Positions 21,166-33,323 are shown, counted from the first letter of the stretch. The stretch is DNA of 64,000 nucleotides from Nitrospirota bacterium (GCA_963788195.1 CAWBGA010000002.1:160001-224000), one strand, 5' to 3'. Program-made: numbers and translations. Notes: generated by a model not told the origin, from the sequence alone.

Positions 21166-21560
21166 GCATCCTCGGTAAGCGACTCGATGGGTTGGCGCCC
21201 GGTATAGCCATCCTCGATTTCGTGCCAGTAACCGATCTCCGATTCCCCCAATTTCCAGCAGAGATACACCACTCTGCCATCGTAAAGATAGGGGAAATCG
21301 CACAGCCCGACGTCCAAATCCTTTACTAAAACGCCCATTTCCTGGATCGCTTCGACGCTGTCACTGATACGCTCGAGGGCCCGTATATAGCGTGGCCCCG
21401 CGAAGCTACCACCGTTCATTTGGGCTTTCGCGCTGGCTCGCTTGACCTCTCCGTGACTGCGGACGAGGACCTCTTTTTCCTGTTTGACAGCGAGCAACCG
21501 CTCCTCAAGTTGAGGAAGCAGCTGTTTGGCCTCGGCGAGTGTAAAGGTGCGTTCGTCCAT
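21162..21560 (-). CDS. DUF2203 family protein
   Basis: FTLAEAKQLLP, GVLVKDLDVGLCDFP, VYLCWKLGE, WHEIEDGYTGRQPI. Confidence 0.9.
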   Translation of the reverse strand: MDERTFTLAEAKQLLPQLEERLLAVKQEKEVLVRSHGEVKRASAKAQMNGGSFAGPRYIRALERISDSVEAIQEMGVLVKDLDVGLCDFPYLYDGRVVYLCWKLGESEIGYWHEIEDGYTGRQPIESLTEDA

Positions 21561-21648
21561 GGAATGCCGTATGATAGCAAGGGGAAATCAAGATCGTCAA
21601 ACATGGCCGTGCCTGCCGGGGGAATACAGATCGCCAGGAAGAAAGTCA

Positions 21649-21677
21649 TTGACACGAGAACTGGCGCAAGCTATCCT
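21649..21677 (+). promoter_or_regulatory. sigma70 promoter upstream of rho
   Basis: TTGACA-17 nt-TATCCT, about 240 nt before the rho start. Confidence 0.65.
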
Positions 21678-21916
21678 ATGTTCTGTATTTGGCTTGTTTA
21701 GCCAACCACCTCCGTGATTTTCCCCGGGTTTTTTCTCAAGGAAATCATGCAATGACCACCCGGTAGAGGGTTCATAGCTTTGTGATGCATGAATAGCTCA
21801 GTGCCTAGCGCGTGAATCGTTCTTCACATCACCAAATGCGAAATATCCCATCGGCGTCCACGCACAGTACTGAAGGCTGCAATTTCGATAACGTGACTTA
21901 AGGAGGAAGGCCCCCG

Positions 21917-23215
21917 ATGACCCCTACTACCCCTGCAAGCCCTGCCCCCCCGGCGAAGGACACCGTGATGTATTTGACCCAACTAAAACAGCGAAATATC
22001 ACCGAACTCAACGAGGTCGCCAAAGATCTCAAGATCGAGGGCGCGGCGAACCTTCGCAAGCAGGAACTGATATTCGCGATCCTTCAAGCGCAAACCGAAA
22101 AGAACGGCGTGATCTACGGGGAAGGCGTATTGGAAACCCTTCCTGATGGTTTCGGCTTTTTGCGGGCGCCCGATTCCAACTACCTCCCGGGACCGGACGA
22201 CATTTATATTTCCCCATCTCAGATCCGGCGCTTCAACCTGAGAACGGGAGACATCGTGTCCGGGCAGATTCGTCCGCCCAAGGAAAGCGAGCGGTATTTT
22301 GCGCTGCTCAAGGTTGAAAAGATCAATTTCGAAGACCCCGAAGCTGCCAGGGACAAGATTCTTTTCGACAACTTAACGCCGCTGTATCCTGAGGAACGGA
22401 TCAACCTGGAGCACGATCCGGGCGAGTACTGTACCCGGGTCATGGAACTTACGACCCCCATCGGCAAGGGCCAGCGCGGTTTGATCGTCGCGGCCCCGCG
22501 CACCGGCAAGACCATGATGTTGCAGGCGATCGCGCGCGCGATCATCAAGAATCATCCGGAAATCATTCTTATTGTATTGCTTATTGATGAGCGTCCCGAA
22601 GAGGTAACTGACTGGCAACGTCAGGTCAAGGCTGAGGTAATCAGTTCGACCTTCGACGAGCCCGCACAGCGCCACGCGCAGGTGGCCGAGATGGTCATCG
22701 AGAAAGCGAAACGGCTGGTAGAGCACAAGCGGGATGTCGTGATCCTGCTCGACAGCATCACGCGACTGGCGCGGGCTTACAACACCATCGCCCCTCCGAG
22801 CGGCAAGGTGCTCTCAGGCGGTCTCGATTCGAACGCGCTTCAACGTCCCAAACGCTTCTTCGGCGCCGCCCGTAACATCGAGGACGGGGGAAGCTTGACG
22901 ATCATGGCCACAGCCCTGGTAGACACGGGCAGTCGCATGGACGACGTGATCTTTGAAGAGTTTAAGGGAACCGGCAATATGGAAGTTCATCTGGACCGGC
23001 GACTGGCGGACAAGCGGGTCTTCCCGGCAATCGAAATTGCGTCCTCCGGCACCCGTAAGGAAGAGCTCCTGGTGGATCGCGAGCGGCTCAATAAGATGTG
23101 GATTCTGCGCAAGGTCTTAAGCCCTCTCGGCACCATGGAAGCCATGGAGTTCCTGCTGGACAAAATTTCAGGGACCAAGACGAACAAGGAGTTTCTGGAT
23201 TCGATGAATCGGTAA
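21917..23215 (+). CDS. rho: Transcription termination factor Rho
   Basis: [65 protein letters not shown]. Confidence 0.98.
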   Translation: MTPTTPASPAPPAKDTVMYLTQLKQRNITELNEVAKDLKIEGAANLRKQELIFAILQAQTEKNGVIYGEGVLETLPDGFGFLRAPDSNYLPGPDDIYISPSQIRRFNLRTGDIVSGQIRPPKESERYFALLKVEKINFEDPEAARDKILFDNLTPLYPEERINLEHDPGEYCTRVMELTTPIGKGQRGLIVAAPRTGKTMMLQAIARAIIKNHPEIILIVLLIDERPEEVTDWQRQVKAEVISSTFDEPAQRHAQVAEMVIEKAKRLVEHKRDVVILLDSITRLARAYNTIAPPSGKVLSGGLDSNALQRPKRFFGAARNIEDGGSLTIMATALVDTGSRMDDVIFEEFKGTGNMEVHLDRRLADKRVFPAIEIASSGTRKEELLVDRERLNKMWILRKVLSPLGTMEAMEFLLDKISGTKTNKEFLDSMNR

Positions 23216-23351
23216 CCCCTCCTTGTTACCCTGACGGTAACCAAAATTTTGTTACCATCTGAACGGGGTAACAATTGTCATCCTGAAGATAACCAATTGT
23301 CATCCTGAACGAAGTGAAGGATCTAGATTCTTCGCTGCACTCAGAATGACA
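23211..23351. repeat. REP-like cluster: degenerate mini-hairpins followed by an inverted REP doublet
   Basis: TGTCATCCTGAACGAAGTGAAGGATCT / AGATTCTTCGCTGCACTCAGAATGACA at 23298-23351, preceded by TTGTYAYCCTGA..GRTAAC units. Confidence 0.8.
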
Positions 23352-23369
23352 TGACTAAGGAGTCTTGCA

Positions 23370-23615
23370 ATGAAAGCTGGTATTCATCCGGAGTATAGCG
23401 AGGCGACGATCAGTTGCGCCTGCGGCTACAAGATCAAGACACGCTCGACCGTCGGTGACATCAAGCTCGAAATCTGCTCTCACTGCCACCCGTTCTTTAC
23501 GGGGACGCAGAAGATTATTGATACGGAAGGCCGCGTGGAGCGGTTTAAGAAGAAGTATAGAGACCAGAAGGCTGCCCCCGCGAAACCGGCAAAGGCTGCG
23601 GCGAAGACCCGCTGA
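23370..23615 (+). CDS. rpmE: 50S ribosomal protein L31 (Zn-binding type)
   Basis: [33 protein letters not shown]. Confidence 0.97.
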   Translation: MKAGIHPEYSEATISCACGYKIKTRSTVGDIKLEICSHCHPFFTGTQKIIDTEGRVERFKKKYRDQKAAPAKPAKAAAKTR

Positions 23616-23623
23616 ACGCGACA

Positions 23624-24703
23624 ATGCCCGCTGTTAAGGATTCGCCTATTTTGAGCAAGCTCGAAACGGCCGCCGTTCGAGTGGAGGAAATCGACCGGCT
23701 GTTATCGCAGCCTATGAAAGCCGGGCAGCAGAGCGACATCCAACGGCTGAATAAAGAGCGCTCGGAGCTGTCTGCGCAGGCGGAGCTGTACCAAGAATTC
23801 TTTGCCCTCTTGAAAGCCATGACCGAGGCCGAGGAGATGTTGGAAGATCCTCGGGCCGATATGAAAGAGCTTGCTCGTGAGGAGCTCAAAGAGCTTCAGA
23901 GCCGCAGATTGGATGTCGAAGGACGAGCCCGGGATCTGCTGATCGTTAAGGATCCGCGCGATGATAAGAATACGTTCATCGAAGTCCGTGCCGGTACCGG
24001 GGGTGAAGAAGCGGCGCTGTTCGGCGCCGAGCTCGTGCGTATGTACACGCGGTATGCGGAAGGCAGGCGTTGGCGCGTGGAAATCATCGACTCCAGCCTG
24101 ACTGAGCTCGGCGGAGTAAAAGAGGCCGTTCTCCTCATCGAGGGGAAGTTAGTGTACAGCCGCTTAAAGCACGAGAGCGGCGTCCACCGGGTACAGCGGG
24201 TCCCTGCCACTGAAAGCTCCGGGCGCATTCACACCTCGACCGTGACGGTGGCGGTCATGGCGGAAGCCGAGGAGGTGGATGTCCAGATTGACCCCAAGGA
24301 CCTGAAGATCGATACCTTCTGTTCCTCCGGGGCAGGGGGGCAGAGCGTCAATACGACGTACTCGGCGGTTCGGATCACGCATATCCCGACTGGAATTGTC
24401 GTCTCCTGCCAGGATGAACGCTCCCAATTGAAGAACCGCAACAAGGCAATGCGAAACCTGCGCACCCGTATCATGGACGCGGAGCAAGCCAAGCAGGATA
24501 GCGAGATCGCGCAGCAGCGCAAGTCACAGGTCGGCACGGGTGACCGAAGTGAGAAGATCAGAACCTACAACTATCCCCAGAATCGGGTGACTGACCATCG
24601 CATCGGGCTGACACTGCATCGTTTGGACCAGGTGCTTCAGGGCGATCTGGATGAGATCCTCGACGCGTTGATTGCGGCCGATCAGACCTTGGGCCCGGAC
24701 TAA
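23624..24703 (+). CDS. prfA: Peptide chain release factor 1
   Basis: GGQ motif, PAT tripeptide (RVPATE), [15 protein letters not shown]. Confidence 0.97.
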   Translation: MPAVKDSPILSKLETAAVRVEEIDRLLSQPMKAGQQSDIQRLNKERSELSAQAELYQEFFALLKAMTEAEEMLEDPRADMKELAREELKELQSRRLDVEGRARDLLIVKDPRDDKNTFIEVRAGTGGEEAALFGAELVRMYTRYAEGRRWRVEIIDSSLTELGGVKEAVLLIEGKLVYSRLKHESGVHRVQRVPATESSGRIHTSTVTVAVMAEAEEVDVQIDPKDLKIDTFCSSGAGGQSVNTTYSAVRITHIPTGIVVSCQDERSQLKNRNKAMRNLRTRIMDAEQAKQDSEIAQQRKSQVGTGDRSEKIRTYNYPQNRVTDHRIGLTLHRLDQVLQGDLDEILDALIAADQTLGPD

Positions 24704-24773
24704 GCAATGATCGCGCTGCCCGCAGCGCCAGCGCTCATGCTTCGCCAACTGCGGTTGCTGCGCCTCGGATGCG

Positions 24774-25592
24774 ATGACAGCGGCGGGCGTGGAGAACCCT
24801 CGGCGCGAAGCGGATTGGTTATTGGCACACGCGCTGCGTCTCACCTCTGCACAACTGGTTACCGACACGGATCGCATGCTCGAGGCCGCGCAAGCCTGCA
24901 AGGCGTGGTCGTTCATTGAACGCCGCGTCGCCCGGGAACCCCTGCAGTATATTCTCGGCACTCAGGAGTTTCAGGGGCTTGAGATTGCCGTGACGTCGGA
25001 TGTCCTCATACCCAGGCCCGAAACGGAGCTCCTTGTCGAAGAAGCGACCCACGCAATCGTGGCGCACCCAAGACCCGTGATCGCCGATGTCGGCACCGGT
25101 TCGGGGTGCATCGCGATCGCCCTGGCAAAAGCGTGCCCGACTGCCAGAATCTACGCGAGCGACATTTCATGGCCCGCATTGGCGGTTGCCCGTAGGAATG
25201 TTGCGGAACATGATGTCGCCCGCCAGGTGAAATTTGTTCACGCTGATCTATTGAATCCCTTTGCTGTTGCGCCTGAGGGCAGCTTCGACGCCGTTGTCTC
25301 GAACCCACCCTATGTCCCAGACGGCGCGATTGAGGCCCTGGAACCCGAAGTGAGCCGCTATGAACCACGCCTTGCGTTGGCCGCAGGCATAGACGGCCTG
25401 ACCTACTACCGACGCCTCTTGAGTGCAGCCCCCGTCCTGCTGAAGCCTGGCGGGCATCTGATCGTGGAGCTAGGCTACGGGCAGGCGACTGCCGTCCGAA
25501 AACTGGCTGAGACGACCGGGCTGTCGGTGTTGCGCTGTCGAAAAGATGATGCGGGAATCGAACGTGTTCTGATCCTTCGGAGACCCATCTAG
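24774..25592 (+). CDS. prmC: Release factor glutamine methyltransferase (true start may be ~24707 via a frameshift)
   Basis: [33 protein letters not shown]. Confidence 0.93.
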   Translation: MTAAGVENPRREADWLLAHALRLTSAQLVTDTDRMLEAAQACKAWSFIERRVAREPLQYILGTQEFQGLEIAVTSDVLIPRPETELLVEEATHAIVAHPRPVIADVGTGSGCIAIALAKACPTARIYASDISWPALAVARRNVAEHDVARQVKFVHADLLNPFAVAPEGSFDAVVSNPPYVPDGAIEALEPEVSRYEPRLALAAGIDGLTYYRRLLSAAPVLLKPGGHLIVELGYGQATAVRKLAETTGLSVLRCRKDDAGIERVLILRRPI

Positions 25593-26854
25593 TGGAGAGC
25601 ATGGTGATTCAAGGCGAGCACCGGCTTTCGGGCTCGGTCCGAATCGGGGGCGCAAAGAATGCCGCGCTGCCGATCATGGCCGCAACCCTGTTGGGAGAGG
25701 GGCCTTGCACGCTGACCAATGTTCCGCGCGTCGCAGATGTTCTCACCATGTCCAAGCTCCTGAAGCATCTGGGGGCGACCGTCGAGACTACCGGTGACCG
25801 GTTTACTGTCTCCGTAGATGGCATCTCGTCCTGCCGAGCGCCCTATAAGCTGGTGAAGACCATGCGGGCCTCCGTCCTGGTCCTCGGCCCACTAATAGCT
25901 CGGTATGGCGAGGCGGTGGTGGCCTTACCCGGCGGATGTGCGATTGGATCCCGGCCGATCAATTTGCATTTGAGTGCGCTTGAGCGGATGGGCGCAGAGA
26001 TCAGGATCGAACATGGCAATGTGCACGCACGGGTCGGCGGACGGTTGCGTGGAGCACGGATTTATTTCGACGTCAGCACCGTCACGGGCACAGAAAACAT
26101 CATGATGGCTGCCTGCCTGGCGGAAGGCGTGACGGTTATTGAGAACGCCGCGCGCGAGCCCGAGATCGGGGACCTCGCGCAGTTTCTGATGAGACGCGGC
26201 GCGCGGATTGACGGCGCCGGTACGGACGTGATCACAATCGAAGGGGTGCCAAGTCTGCACGGCGCCGACCATGAGATCATTCCTGATCGCATCGAGACCG
26301 CGACATATCTTGTGGCCGGGGCAATTACGCGTGGCGATGTCACGGTGGAAAGGTGCCGACCGGATCATTCCGAGGCATTTCTGGCCAAGTTGAGAGAGGC
26401 GGGCGCAGATCTGGTGATCGGGAAAGAGACGATCCGAGTCCGCGCGCCGCAACGGCTCCGCTCCGTGGACATTAAGACCTTGCCGTATCCGGGATTTCCC
26501 ACGGATGGGCAGGCCCAACTAATGGCCCTGATGGCGGTTGCGCATGGTTCGAGTATGATAACTGAGACGGTGTTCGAAAGCCGCTTTATGCATGTGCTCG
26601 AACTGCAACGCATGGGGGCGGAGATCCGCATCGATGGCAAGCACGCGGTGGTGGCGGGGGTAGAACGGCTAAGCGCGGCGCCGGTGATGGCCTCGGACCT
26701 GCGCGCCAGCGCCTGTTTGATTCTGGCCGGACTGGCGGCCGAGGGGGAAACGCGGGTCGGCCGCGTCTACCACCTGGACCGCGGTTACGAGCAACTGGAT
26801 CAGAAACTGGCGGGCCTGGGCGCGCGGATCAGCAGGGCGCAGGAGTGGGAATGA
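25592..26854 (+). CDS. murA: UDP-N-acetylglucosamine 1-carboxyvinyltransferase
   Basis: [34 protein letters not shown]. Confidence 0.97.
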   Translation: MESMVIQGEHRLSGSVRIGGAKNAALPIMAATLLGEGPCTLTNVPRVADVLTMSKLLKHLGATVETTGDRFTVSVDGISSCRAPYKLVKTMRASVLVLGPLIARYGEAVVALPGGCAIGSRPINLHLSALERMGAEIRIEHGNVHARVGGRLRGARIYFDVSTVTGTENIMMAACLAEGVTVIENAAREPEIGDLAQFLMRRGARIDGAGTDVITIEGVPSLHGADHEIIPDRIETATYLVAGAITRGDVTVERCRPDHSEAFLAKLREAGADLVIGKETIRVRAPQRLRSVDIKTLPYPGFPTDGQAQLMALMAVAHGSSMITETVFESRFMHVLELQRMGAEIRIDGKHAVVAGVERLSAAPVMASDLRASACLILAGLAAEGETRVGRVYHLDRGYEQLDQKLAGLGARISRAQEWE

Positions 26855-27504
26855 AGGGCGGTACCAGTAATCTGACAATCGCCCTCTGCAAGGGAAAGCT
26901 CCTCGAACCCGCGATGGAGTTGCTCTCGCGCATTGGCCTGCTCTCCAATAGAATCGGGAAGGACAGCAGACGGCTGGTGTTTGAGAATCCAGCCAGCGGC
27001 ACGACGATCATGATCATCCGCGCCAGCGATGTTCCCACCTATGTGGAATATGGCGCGGTGGATGCGGGTATCGTCGGAGCGGATGTGTTGATGGAGCAAG
27101 CGACGGATGTGTATGAGCCTCTGGACCTTGGGTTTGGAGCCTGCCGCCTGGCGGTCGCCGGTCCGCCCCAAGTCAAATCAAACGGCAGGGTGACGAAGTT
27201 GCGTGTCGCAACGAAATACCCGAATGTAACAGAGAGGCATTTCACTCACAAAGGCATCCCCATCGAGATCATCAAGTTGTACGGGTCGATAGAATTAGCG
27301 CCGATGGTCGGCCTGGCGGACTGCATCGTGGACCTCGTCTCAACGGGGAAGACCTTAAAAGCGCACCATCTCGTCGTGAAGGAGGTGATTGCGACATCTA
27401 CGGCGCGCTTGATCGTGAATCGCGCGAGCTTGAAGCTGAAGTACCAACGTGTGAACGACCTGATCGAGGCCCTACGCAAGGGTCTACAGGCAGGGCGCGC
27501 ATGA
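26851..27504 (+). CDS. hisG: ATP phosphoribosyltransferase (short form)
   Basis: [39 protein letters not shown]. Confidence 0.95.
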   Translation: MKGGTSNLTIALCKGKLLEPAMELLSRIGLLSNRIGKDSRRLVFENPASGTTIMIIRASDVPTYVEYGAVDAGIVGADVLMEQATDVYEPLDLGFGACRLAVAGPPQVKSNGRVTKLRVATKYPNVTERHFTHKGIPIEIIKLYGSIELAPMVGLADCIVDLVSTGKTLKAHHLVVKEVIATSTARLIVNRASLKLKYQRVNDLIEALRKGLQAGRA

Positions 27505-28790
27505 AAATCGTCGCAGCAGGCGATCGGGGCTTCAAGCTGGCGGTCAAAAAGGTGGTATCGCGATCGTCGTTGCAAGGCGACAAGGTTGAAGCCAGCGTTC
27601 GCTCTATCCTCAAAGCGGTTGAGCGAGGCGGAGACACCGCCGTAAGCCGGTACACACAGAAGTTCGACAAGGTATCAATCAAGCCGGAAGCCTTTCGTGT
27701 AACGCCGGACCAGATGCGGGAGGCCTACTATAAGATTCGAAAGGAGCACGGTGACGCCTTACGCTATGCGGCGCACCGCATCACCGCCTTTCATGAACGC
27801 CAGAAGGCCGCCCTGCGTACCTGGATGTACCAGGATGGGAGCATCACGCTCGGACAGACAGTCCTTCCGTTGGACGCCGTTGGACTCTACGTGCCTGGCG
27901 GGAAGGCGGTCTACCCGTCCTCCGTGCTCATGAGCGCCATTCCGGCCAAGGTCGCCGGTGTCAGGCGTATTGTCATGTGCTCGCCCACTCCGCGGGGAGA
28001 GGTGAGCCCCTATCTGCTGGTGGCGGCCGATATCGCCGGCGTAGATGAGGTATATCGCATTGGCGGCGTACAGGCCATTGGAGCGTTGACGTACGGCACA
28101 AAGACCATTGCCCGGGTCGACAAGATCATAGGTCCGGGGAACATCTTTGTGGCTACCGCAAAACGACTGGTCTACGGCCGCGTCGATATCGATATGATCG
28201 CCGGTCCGAGCGAATTGCTGGTGCTCGCCGATGGAGCAGCAAACCCGGTTCACATTGCCGCGGACCTGTTATGCGAGGCGGAGCACGATGAAAATGCATC
28301 GGTCTGGTTGGTGACGACTTCGGCCAAGCTGGCGCAGGCAGTGGTGCGGCGGGTTGAGGAGCAGGTGAAATCGCTCACGCGCCAGAAGATCGCCGGACGT
28401 GCGATTCACCATAATGCCGTCGCATTCGTCGTACCCGACTTGGATGAAGGGGTCGACCTGGCGAACGAAATTGCTCCCGAGCATCTAACCTTGTCGGTGG
28501 AAAACCCTTTTAAATACATCGAAAAAGTCCGCCACGCCGGCGCGCTGTTTATCGGCCGCTACACCGCTCCGGCTCTTGCTGATTACGTGGCCGGCCCCAA
28601 TCACATTCTGCCCACCGGTGGCGCCGCCCGATTCCATTCGGCGCTCTCCCTGGACGCCTACGTGAAAAAGTCGAATATCATTTCGTATACCAAAGAGGAT
28701 CTGTTTAAGGCTAAGGATCACGTCATTCGATTGGCCCATATGGAAGGGCTGGAAGCGCACGCCCAATCCCTGGAAGTCCGTCTGAAATGA
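27501..28790 (+). CDS. hisD: Histidinol dehydrogenase
   Basis: GLYVPGG, GPGNIFV, IDMIAGPSE, EAEHD, APEHL, DYVAGPNHILPT. Confidence 0.97.
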   Translation: MKIVAAGDRGFKLAVKKVVSRSSLQGDKVEASVRSILKAVERGGDTAVSRYTQKFDKVSIKPEAFRVTPDQMREAYYKIRKEHGDALRYAAHRITAFHERQKAALRTWMYQDGSITLGQTVLPLDAVGLYVPGGKAVYPSSVLMSAIPAKVAGVRRIVMCSPTPRGEVSPYLLVAADIAGVDEVYRIGGVQAIGALTYGTKTIARVDKIIGPGNIFVATAKRLVYGRVDIDMIAGPSELLVLADGAANPVHIAADLLCEAEHDENASVWLVTTSAKLAQAVVRRVEEQVKSLTRQKIAGRAIHHNAVAFVVPDLDEGVDLANEIAPEHLTLSVENPFKYIEKVRHAGALFIGRYTAPALADYVAGPNHILPTGGAARFHSALSLDAYVKKSNIISYTKEDLFKAKDHVIRLAHMEGLEAHAQSLEVRLK

Positions 28791-28820
28791 AAACAGCAAA
28801 AAAGACGGGACGGCCGGTCC

Positions 28821-29462
28821 TTGTCCGCGTGGCCCCGAGCGATCAGCCCCGCGCGCCGAAGTCCGCGCAGATCTGGCCCCTCGGCGGCGTTCGTCGAGCG
28901 GAATACGACGGAAAGTCAGATCAGCGTTAAGTTGGGTCTCCAGGGAAACGGCAACCGGAGGATCACCACGACAATTCCGTTTCTTGACCACATGCTGGAC
29001 CTGCTCGCGAAGCATGGGTTCTTTGATCTCACGATCAAGGCCAAGGGCGACACCCATATTGACGACCATCACACCGTCGAAGACATCGGGATCGTTCTCG
29101 GTGAAGCGCTCAAGCAAGCGTTGGGGAAAAAAGAAGGCGTTAGGAGATTCGGAACAGCCTGGGCGCCTCTCGATGAGACCCTGGCGCAGGTGACTGTCGA
29201 TCTTAGCGGCCGCCCGTATCTGGTGTATAACGTGAAGCTTCCGCATCGGCGGATCAAGGGCTTGGATCTCTACCTGTTCGAGGATTTCTTCCAAGCGTTT
29301 TCAACCCACGCGGCAATGAATCTTCACATTAATGTGCCCTATGGCCGCAACCCGCATCACATTATGGAGGCGATCTTCAAGGCGTTGGCCAAGGCCTTGG
29401 ATCAGGCTGTCTCGATCGATCCTCGGGTCTCTGGGGTGCTGTCAACAAAAGGAAGTTTGTAG
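28821..29462 (+). CDS. hisB: Imidazoleglycerol-phosphate dehydratase (start uncertain; ATG 28787 is out of frame)
   Basis: [36 protein letters not shown]. Confidence 0.95.
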   Translation: MSAWPRAISPARRSPRRSGPSAAFVERNTTESQISVKLGLQGNGNRRITTTIPFLDHMLDLLAKHGFFDLTIKAKGDTHIDDHHTVEDIGIVLGEALKQALGKKEGVRRFGTAWAPLDETLAQVTVDLSGRPYLVYNVKLPHRRIKGLDLYLFEDFFQAFSTHAAMNLHINVPYGRNPHHIMEAIFKALAKALDQAVSIDPRVSGVLSTKGSL

Positions 29463-29497
29463 CGTCACCCCCCGAGTTCTTCAGGTAGAATAGTGAG

Positions 29498-30124
29498 ATG
29501 ATTGCGATTATTGATTATGACATGGGAAATCTGCGCTCGGTCGAAAAGGCATTCGAAGCCGTGGGTCATCGCGCGGTCATCACGCGTCAGCGTCAAGTCA
29601 TTGCGGACGCGAGTCATGTGGTATTGCCGGGCGTGGGGGCCTTTGGCGATTGCATGCGCAATCTTGAGTCCTACGATCTGATCGATCCGATCCGGCAAAG
29701 CATTGCGTCCGGAAAACCATTTCTGGGAATCTGCCTGGGCTTGCAGCTCCTGTTTACCGAGAGCGAAGAGTTCGGCTCACACAAAGGTCTCAACGTGCTT
29801 CCGGGCAAGGTCGTCCGCTTTCGATCCCAGCAGACCGAAGGGGACCTGGAGCCGTTAAAGATCCCGCACATGGGGTGGAATGCAATACGCATGAAGAAGC
29901 CCTCGAGGCTCCTTGAGGGTCTTGGCGAGGGCTCCTACATGTATTTTGTCCATTCATATCATGTGGCGCCGGAGCAGACAGACGTTGTCTGCACTGCGAC
30001 CGAGTACGGCGGGTCCTTTGTATCCAGCATTGCGCGAGACAACATCTTTGGATGCCAGTTTCATCCCGAAAAAAGCCAGGCAGGTGGACTTAAAATGCTG
30101 AAGAACTTCGGCGATCTGTCATGA
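29498..30124 (+). CDS. hisH: Imidazole glycerol phosphate synthase glutaminase subunit
   Basis: IDYDMGNL, LPGVGAF, GICLGLQ, PHMGWN, YFVHSY, QFHPEKS. Confidence 0.97.
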   Translation: MIAIIDYDMGNLRSVEKAFEAVGHRAVITRQRQVIADASHVVLPGVGAFGDCMRNLESYDLIDPIRQSIASGKPFLGICLGLQLLFTESEEFGSHKGLNVLPGKVVRFRSQQTEGDLEPLKIPHMGWNAIRMKKPSRLLEGLGEGSYMYFVHSYHVAPEQTDVVCTATEYGGSFVSSIARDNIFGCQFHPEKSQAGGLKMLKNFGDLS

Positions 30125-30808
30125 TGCGTCGCTCGCTTACATATTGTGCGATGCCGATCTTCATGCTCACAATAGTTGCGTGTGGGGGGAAGACTAACGA
30201 GGCCCTCACCGTTCCAGAGATCGAGCAATATAGAATCGTGCGGATTGCCGTGCTTCCCTTTAGCGTGGAACGCCGCCCCACGCTCGGTCAAGAGCGAGGG
30301 TATGCGGCACCGGCGCCGCCGTTGGAGGCGGGCGAACAGCTCAGTGACATTTTCTATCGAAAGTTGAAAAACTGGGAAGGGATCGATGTCATTCCCTCGT
30401 ATGAGGTCCAAAGCGCGATGTCCATGGTTGCTGGCAGACCGCTGACCAAGGCAGCCATTACATTGATCGGACAAAAGCTTGGCGCGGATGCCGTTCTCGT
30501 GGGGACTGTTGAAGTCTACAAAGAGCGCACGGGAAGCGCGATGGGGTTGGATCGGCCGCAGGATGCCGCCGAGGTGGGTTTTGCAGCTCAATTGATCAGC
30601 GTCAAAGACGGCGTGCCATTGTGGACCGGTCAGTATTATGAGCGCCAACGGCCGGCCACCGAAGACCTCTCAGGGCTATTGGAACGAGGACCACGCTACC
30701 TTACGGTCGAGCAGCTCGCAAATTCCGCCGTGGACCACGTCCTGCGCAAGTTTCCCCTCGGCCGGCCTCCTCGAAAGTCGACCGGGGTCTACCCAGGCCG
30801 TGCAGTGA
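30121..30808 (+). CDS. Lipoprotein (CsgG/LpoB/GNA1162-like fold) inside the his operon; reads in frame into hisA in this sequence
   Basis: Lipobox IVA-C; RIAVLPF, IGQKLGADAVLVGTV, AQLISVKDGVPLW. Confidence 0.7.
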
Positions 30809-31525
30809 TTGTTATCCCTGCCATCGATCTCAAAGACGGCCGGTGCGTACGATTACGGCAGGGTCAGATGCACGATGAGACCGTATATTCCAAGGACCCT
30901 GCGGAACTCGCCCGGCATTGGGAGTCCGAGGGAGCGCAACTTCTTCATGTCGTAGATCTAAACGGGGCGGTACAGGGATCGCCGCGCAACCGAAGCGCCA
31001 TCGAAGCGATCCTCAAAGCTGTACGAATTCCCGTGCAGGTGGGAGGCGGCATCCGCGATCTGCGTACGATTGAAGACTACTTTACAGCCGGTGCGACGCG
31101 GGTCGTCCTCGGGACCGCCGTGAGCGAAAATCTGAAAATGCTCGAGGAGGCTTCCGCGCTTTTTCCCGGGCGCCTGATTGCCGGAGTGGATGCCAAAGAC
31201 GGCAAGCTCGCGATCCGTGGATGGACGGAGATTCTTGAGCAAGAGGCAACGGAGTTTGTCGGGCGCTTCAAGAACTTTCCCCTGTATGCGGTCATTTATA
31301 CCGATATCGGCCAGGATGGCATGCTGGCAGGGACCAAATGTTGAAGCGTTGAGACGCATGGCGTCGGCTTGTCCCGTGCCCTTGATTGCTTCGGGGGGTA
31401 TCACGAGAGTTGAGGATCTTCGCGAGGTGCAGAGCATTGGGGCAACCGTGATCGGAGCCATTGTCGGAAAGGCGCTATACGAAGGGATGATCAAACTGCG
31501 GGTCGCGATGGCCGCTGTCGCATAA
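30805..31525 (+). CDS. hisA: ProFAR isomerase (frameshift near 31332)
   Basis: IPAIDLKDGRCVRLRQG, HVVDLNGA, QVGGGIR, YTDIGQDGML then GPN...IASGG...IVGKALYEG. Confidence 0.93.
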
Positions 31526-31531
31526 CATAAG

Positions 31532-31654
31532 ATGCTCGCGAAGCGGATCATTCCATGCCTGGACGTGAAAGCCGGCCGGCCACGGGACAAGCGCCTGTCT
31601 TGGCGGGCGCAGGGTTGGGCGGGTGAAATGGTCGACCCGGCCGAGTGTAATTAG
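31532..31654 (+). other. 40-codon mini-ORF whose first 16 codons duplicate the hisF N-terminus, with a hairpin repeat forming the rest
   Basis: [16 protein letters not shown] identical to HisF 1-16 with 4 synonymous changes; in frame with hisF, separated by TAG-CCA. Confidence 0.8.
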
Positions 31655-31657
31655 CCA

Positions 31658-32417
31658 ATGCTAGCAAAGCGCATCATTCCATGCCTCGACGTGAAAGCCG
31701 GCCGGGTCGTCAAAGGGGTTCAATTCGTCGAACTCAAAGACGCCGGTGATCCCGTTGAAGCAGCCAGGGCGTACGATGCGGACGGAGCTGATGAGCTGTG
31801 TTTTCTGGACATCACGGCCTCGCATGAAGAGCGCAAGATTCTTCTGGATGTCGTCAGCCGCACGGCGGAGCAGGTTTTCATGCCTCTCACCGTCGGCGGC
31901 GGGGTCCGAACGCTCGACGATATCCGCATTCTTCTCAAAGCAGGCGCCGACAAGGTCAGCATTAACACTGCGGCGGTACAGCGTCCGGAATTCGTGAAGG
32001 AGGCCGCCCAGCGGTTCGGCACTCAGTGTATCGTCGTCGCGATCGACGCGAAACGTGTCGGGGATGGTTGGCGGGTCTTCACGCACGGGGGACGCAACGC
32101 AACCGGCATTGATGCCGTCGACTGGGCACGAACCATGGAATCCTACGGAGCCGGCGAGATCCTGCTGACCAGTATGGATTGCGATGGGTCGAAGGCTGGC
32201 TATGATCTCGCACTCACGCGGGCCGTGTCTGAGGCGGTCAGCGCTGCCTGTCATCGCGTCAGGCGGAGCAGGCAATCTGCAACATCTGTACGAAGGGTTC
32301 ACTGAGGGAAAGGCCGATGCGGTTCTCGCGGCCTCCATTTTCCATTATCGAGAATATACTATCACCCAGGCCAAGGAATACCTACGGGCGCGCGGCGTTG
32401 CGATGAGGATGTGCTGA
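31658..32417 (+). CDS. hisF: Imidazole glycerol phosphate synthase cyclase subunit (frameshift near 32240)
   Basis: [38 protein letters not shown], then PVIASGGAG...LAASIFH. Confidence 0.95.
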
Positions 32418-33105
32418 TGGAAAAGGCGGCGATCAGCGCATTGAAGTTTGATGATCAGGGATTGATTCCGGCGGTTCTTCAAGACTGGCGCGACGGCACC
32501 GTGCTGATGGTCGCCTATATGAACCGCGAGGCCGTGGAAAAGACAATTGAGACCAGAATCGCGCATTTTTGGAGCCGATCGCGACAATCCCTGTGGGAGA
32601 AAGGGTGCAGTGTCGGGAAATCGGCAGCGCGTCCGGGAGATCTTCGTTGACTGCGATCAGGATACCTTACTCCTCACTGTCACGCCCGACGGGCCCGCTT
32701 GTCACACCGGTGAAGCGAGCTGTTTCTTTCACCGCCTATCTGATCTGATGGAAGGTTGTGACGGAGCAGAAAACACACCCGAGGCGCGAGGCGGCAGTGA
32801 TGCAGCGGGTCTATGAGACGATACTGGAGCGCAAGCGACAGGTCACTTCGGATTCATACGTAGCCTCGCTCTTCGCAGGGGGTCAGGACAGGATTCTCAA
32901 GAAGGTCACTGAGGAGGCAGGGGAGATGCTTCTGGCCTCCAAAGGAGGGAAGCGGGAAGAAGTCGTTCACGAGGCGGCCGATCTTCTGTTTCATATGCTG
33001 GTGACCCTGGGTTTCCACGACATTTCGCCTCGTGAGGTGCATCATGAACTGGCGCGTAGGTTCGGACAAAGCGGCCTCAATGAGAAGGCATCCCGCCAGG
33101 GGTAA
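32417..33105 (+). CDS. hisIE: Phosphoribosyl-AMP cyclohydrolase / phosphoribosyl-ATP pyrophosphatase, probably fused (two frameshifts)
   Basis: [35 protein letters not shown]; then [24 protein letters not shown]. Confidence 0.9.
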
Positions 33106-33278
33106 AGGAATCTGTCTTGGCAGATTCCAGGGTGGGCGGGTGCAATGGGGGTAAAGGAGTCTGTCTCGGCAGACTCCAGGGTGGGCGGGTGCAATGGGGG
33201 TAAAGGAATCTGTCCCCACGGGACAAAAGCCTGTCTTGGCAGGCTTGGGGTGGGTGGGTGAAATGAGATTCCAGGGCT
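33099..33278. repeat. Tandem array of three GCCAAGAC-loop hairpin repeat units
   Basis: GGGGTAAAGGA(A/G)TCTGTCT(T/C)GGCAGA(T/C)TCCAGGGTGGGCGGGTGCAATG twice, plus a variant third unit. Confidence 0.9.
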
Positions 33279-33323
33279 GAGCGTGGGTCATGAGGGCACG
33301 AAGGGACATATAGGAGTTTCCGT

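Noticed and set aside
33099..33278. Tandem repeat as a CRISPR array
   Set aside because: Units abut with no unique spacers, the same unit is dispersed across the window, and no cas genes are present.
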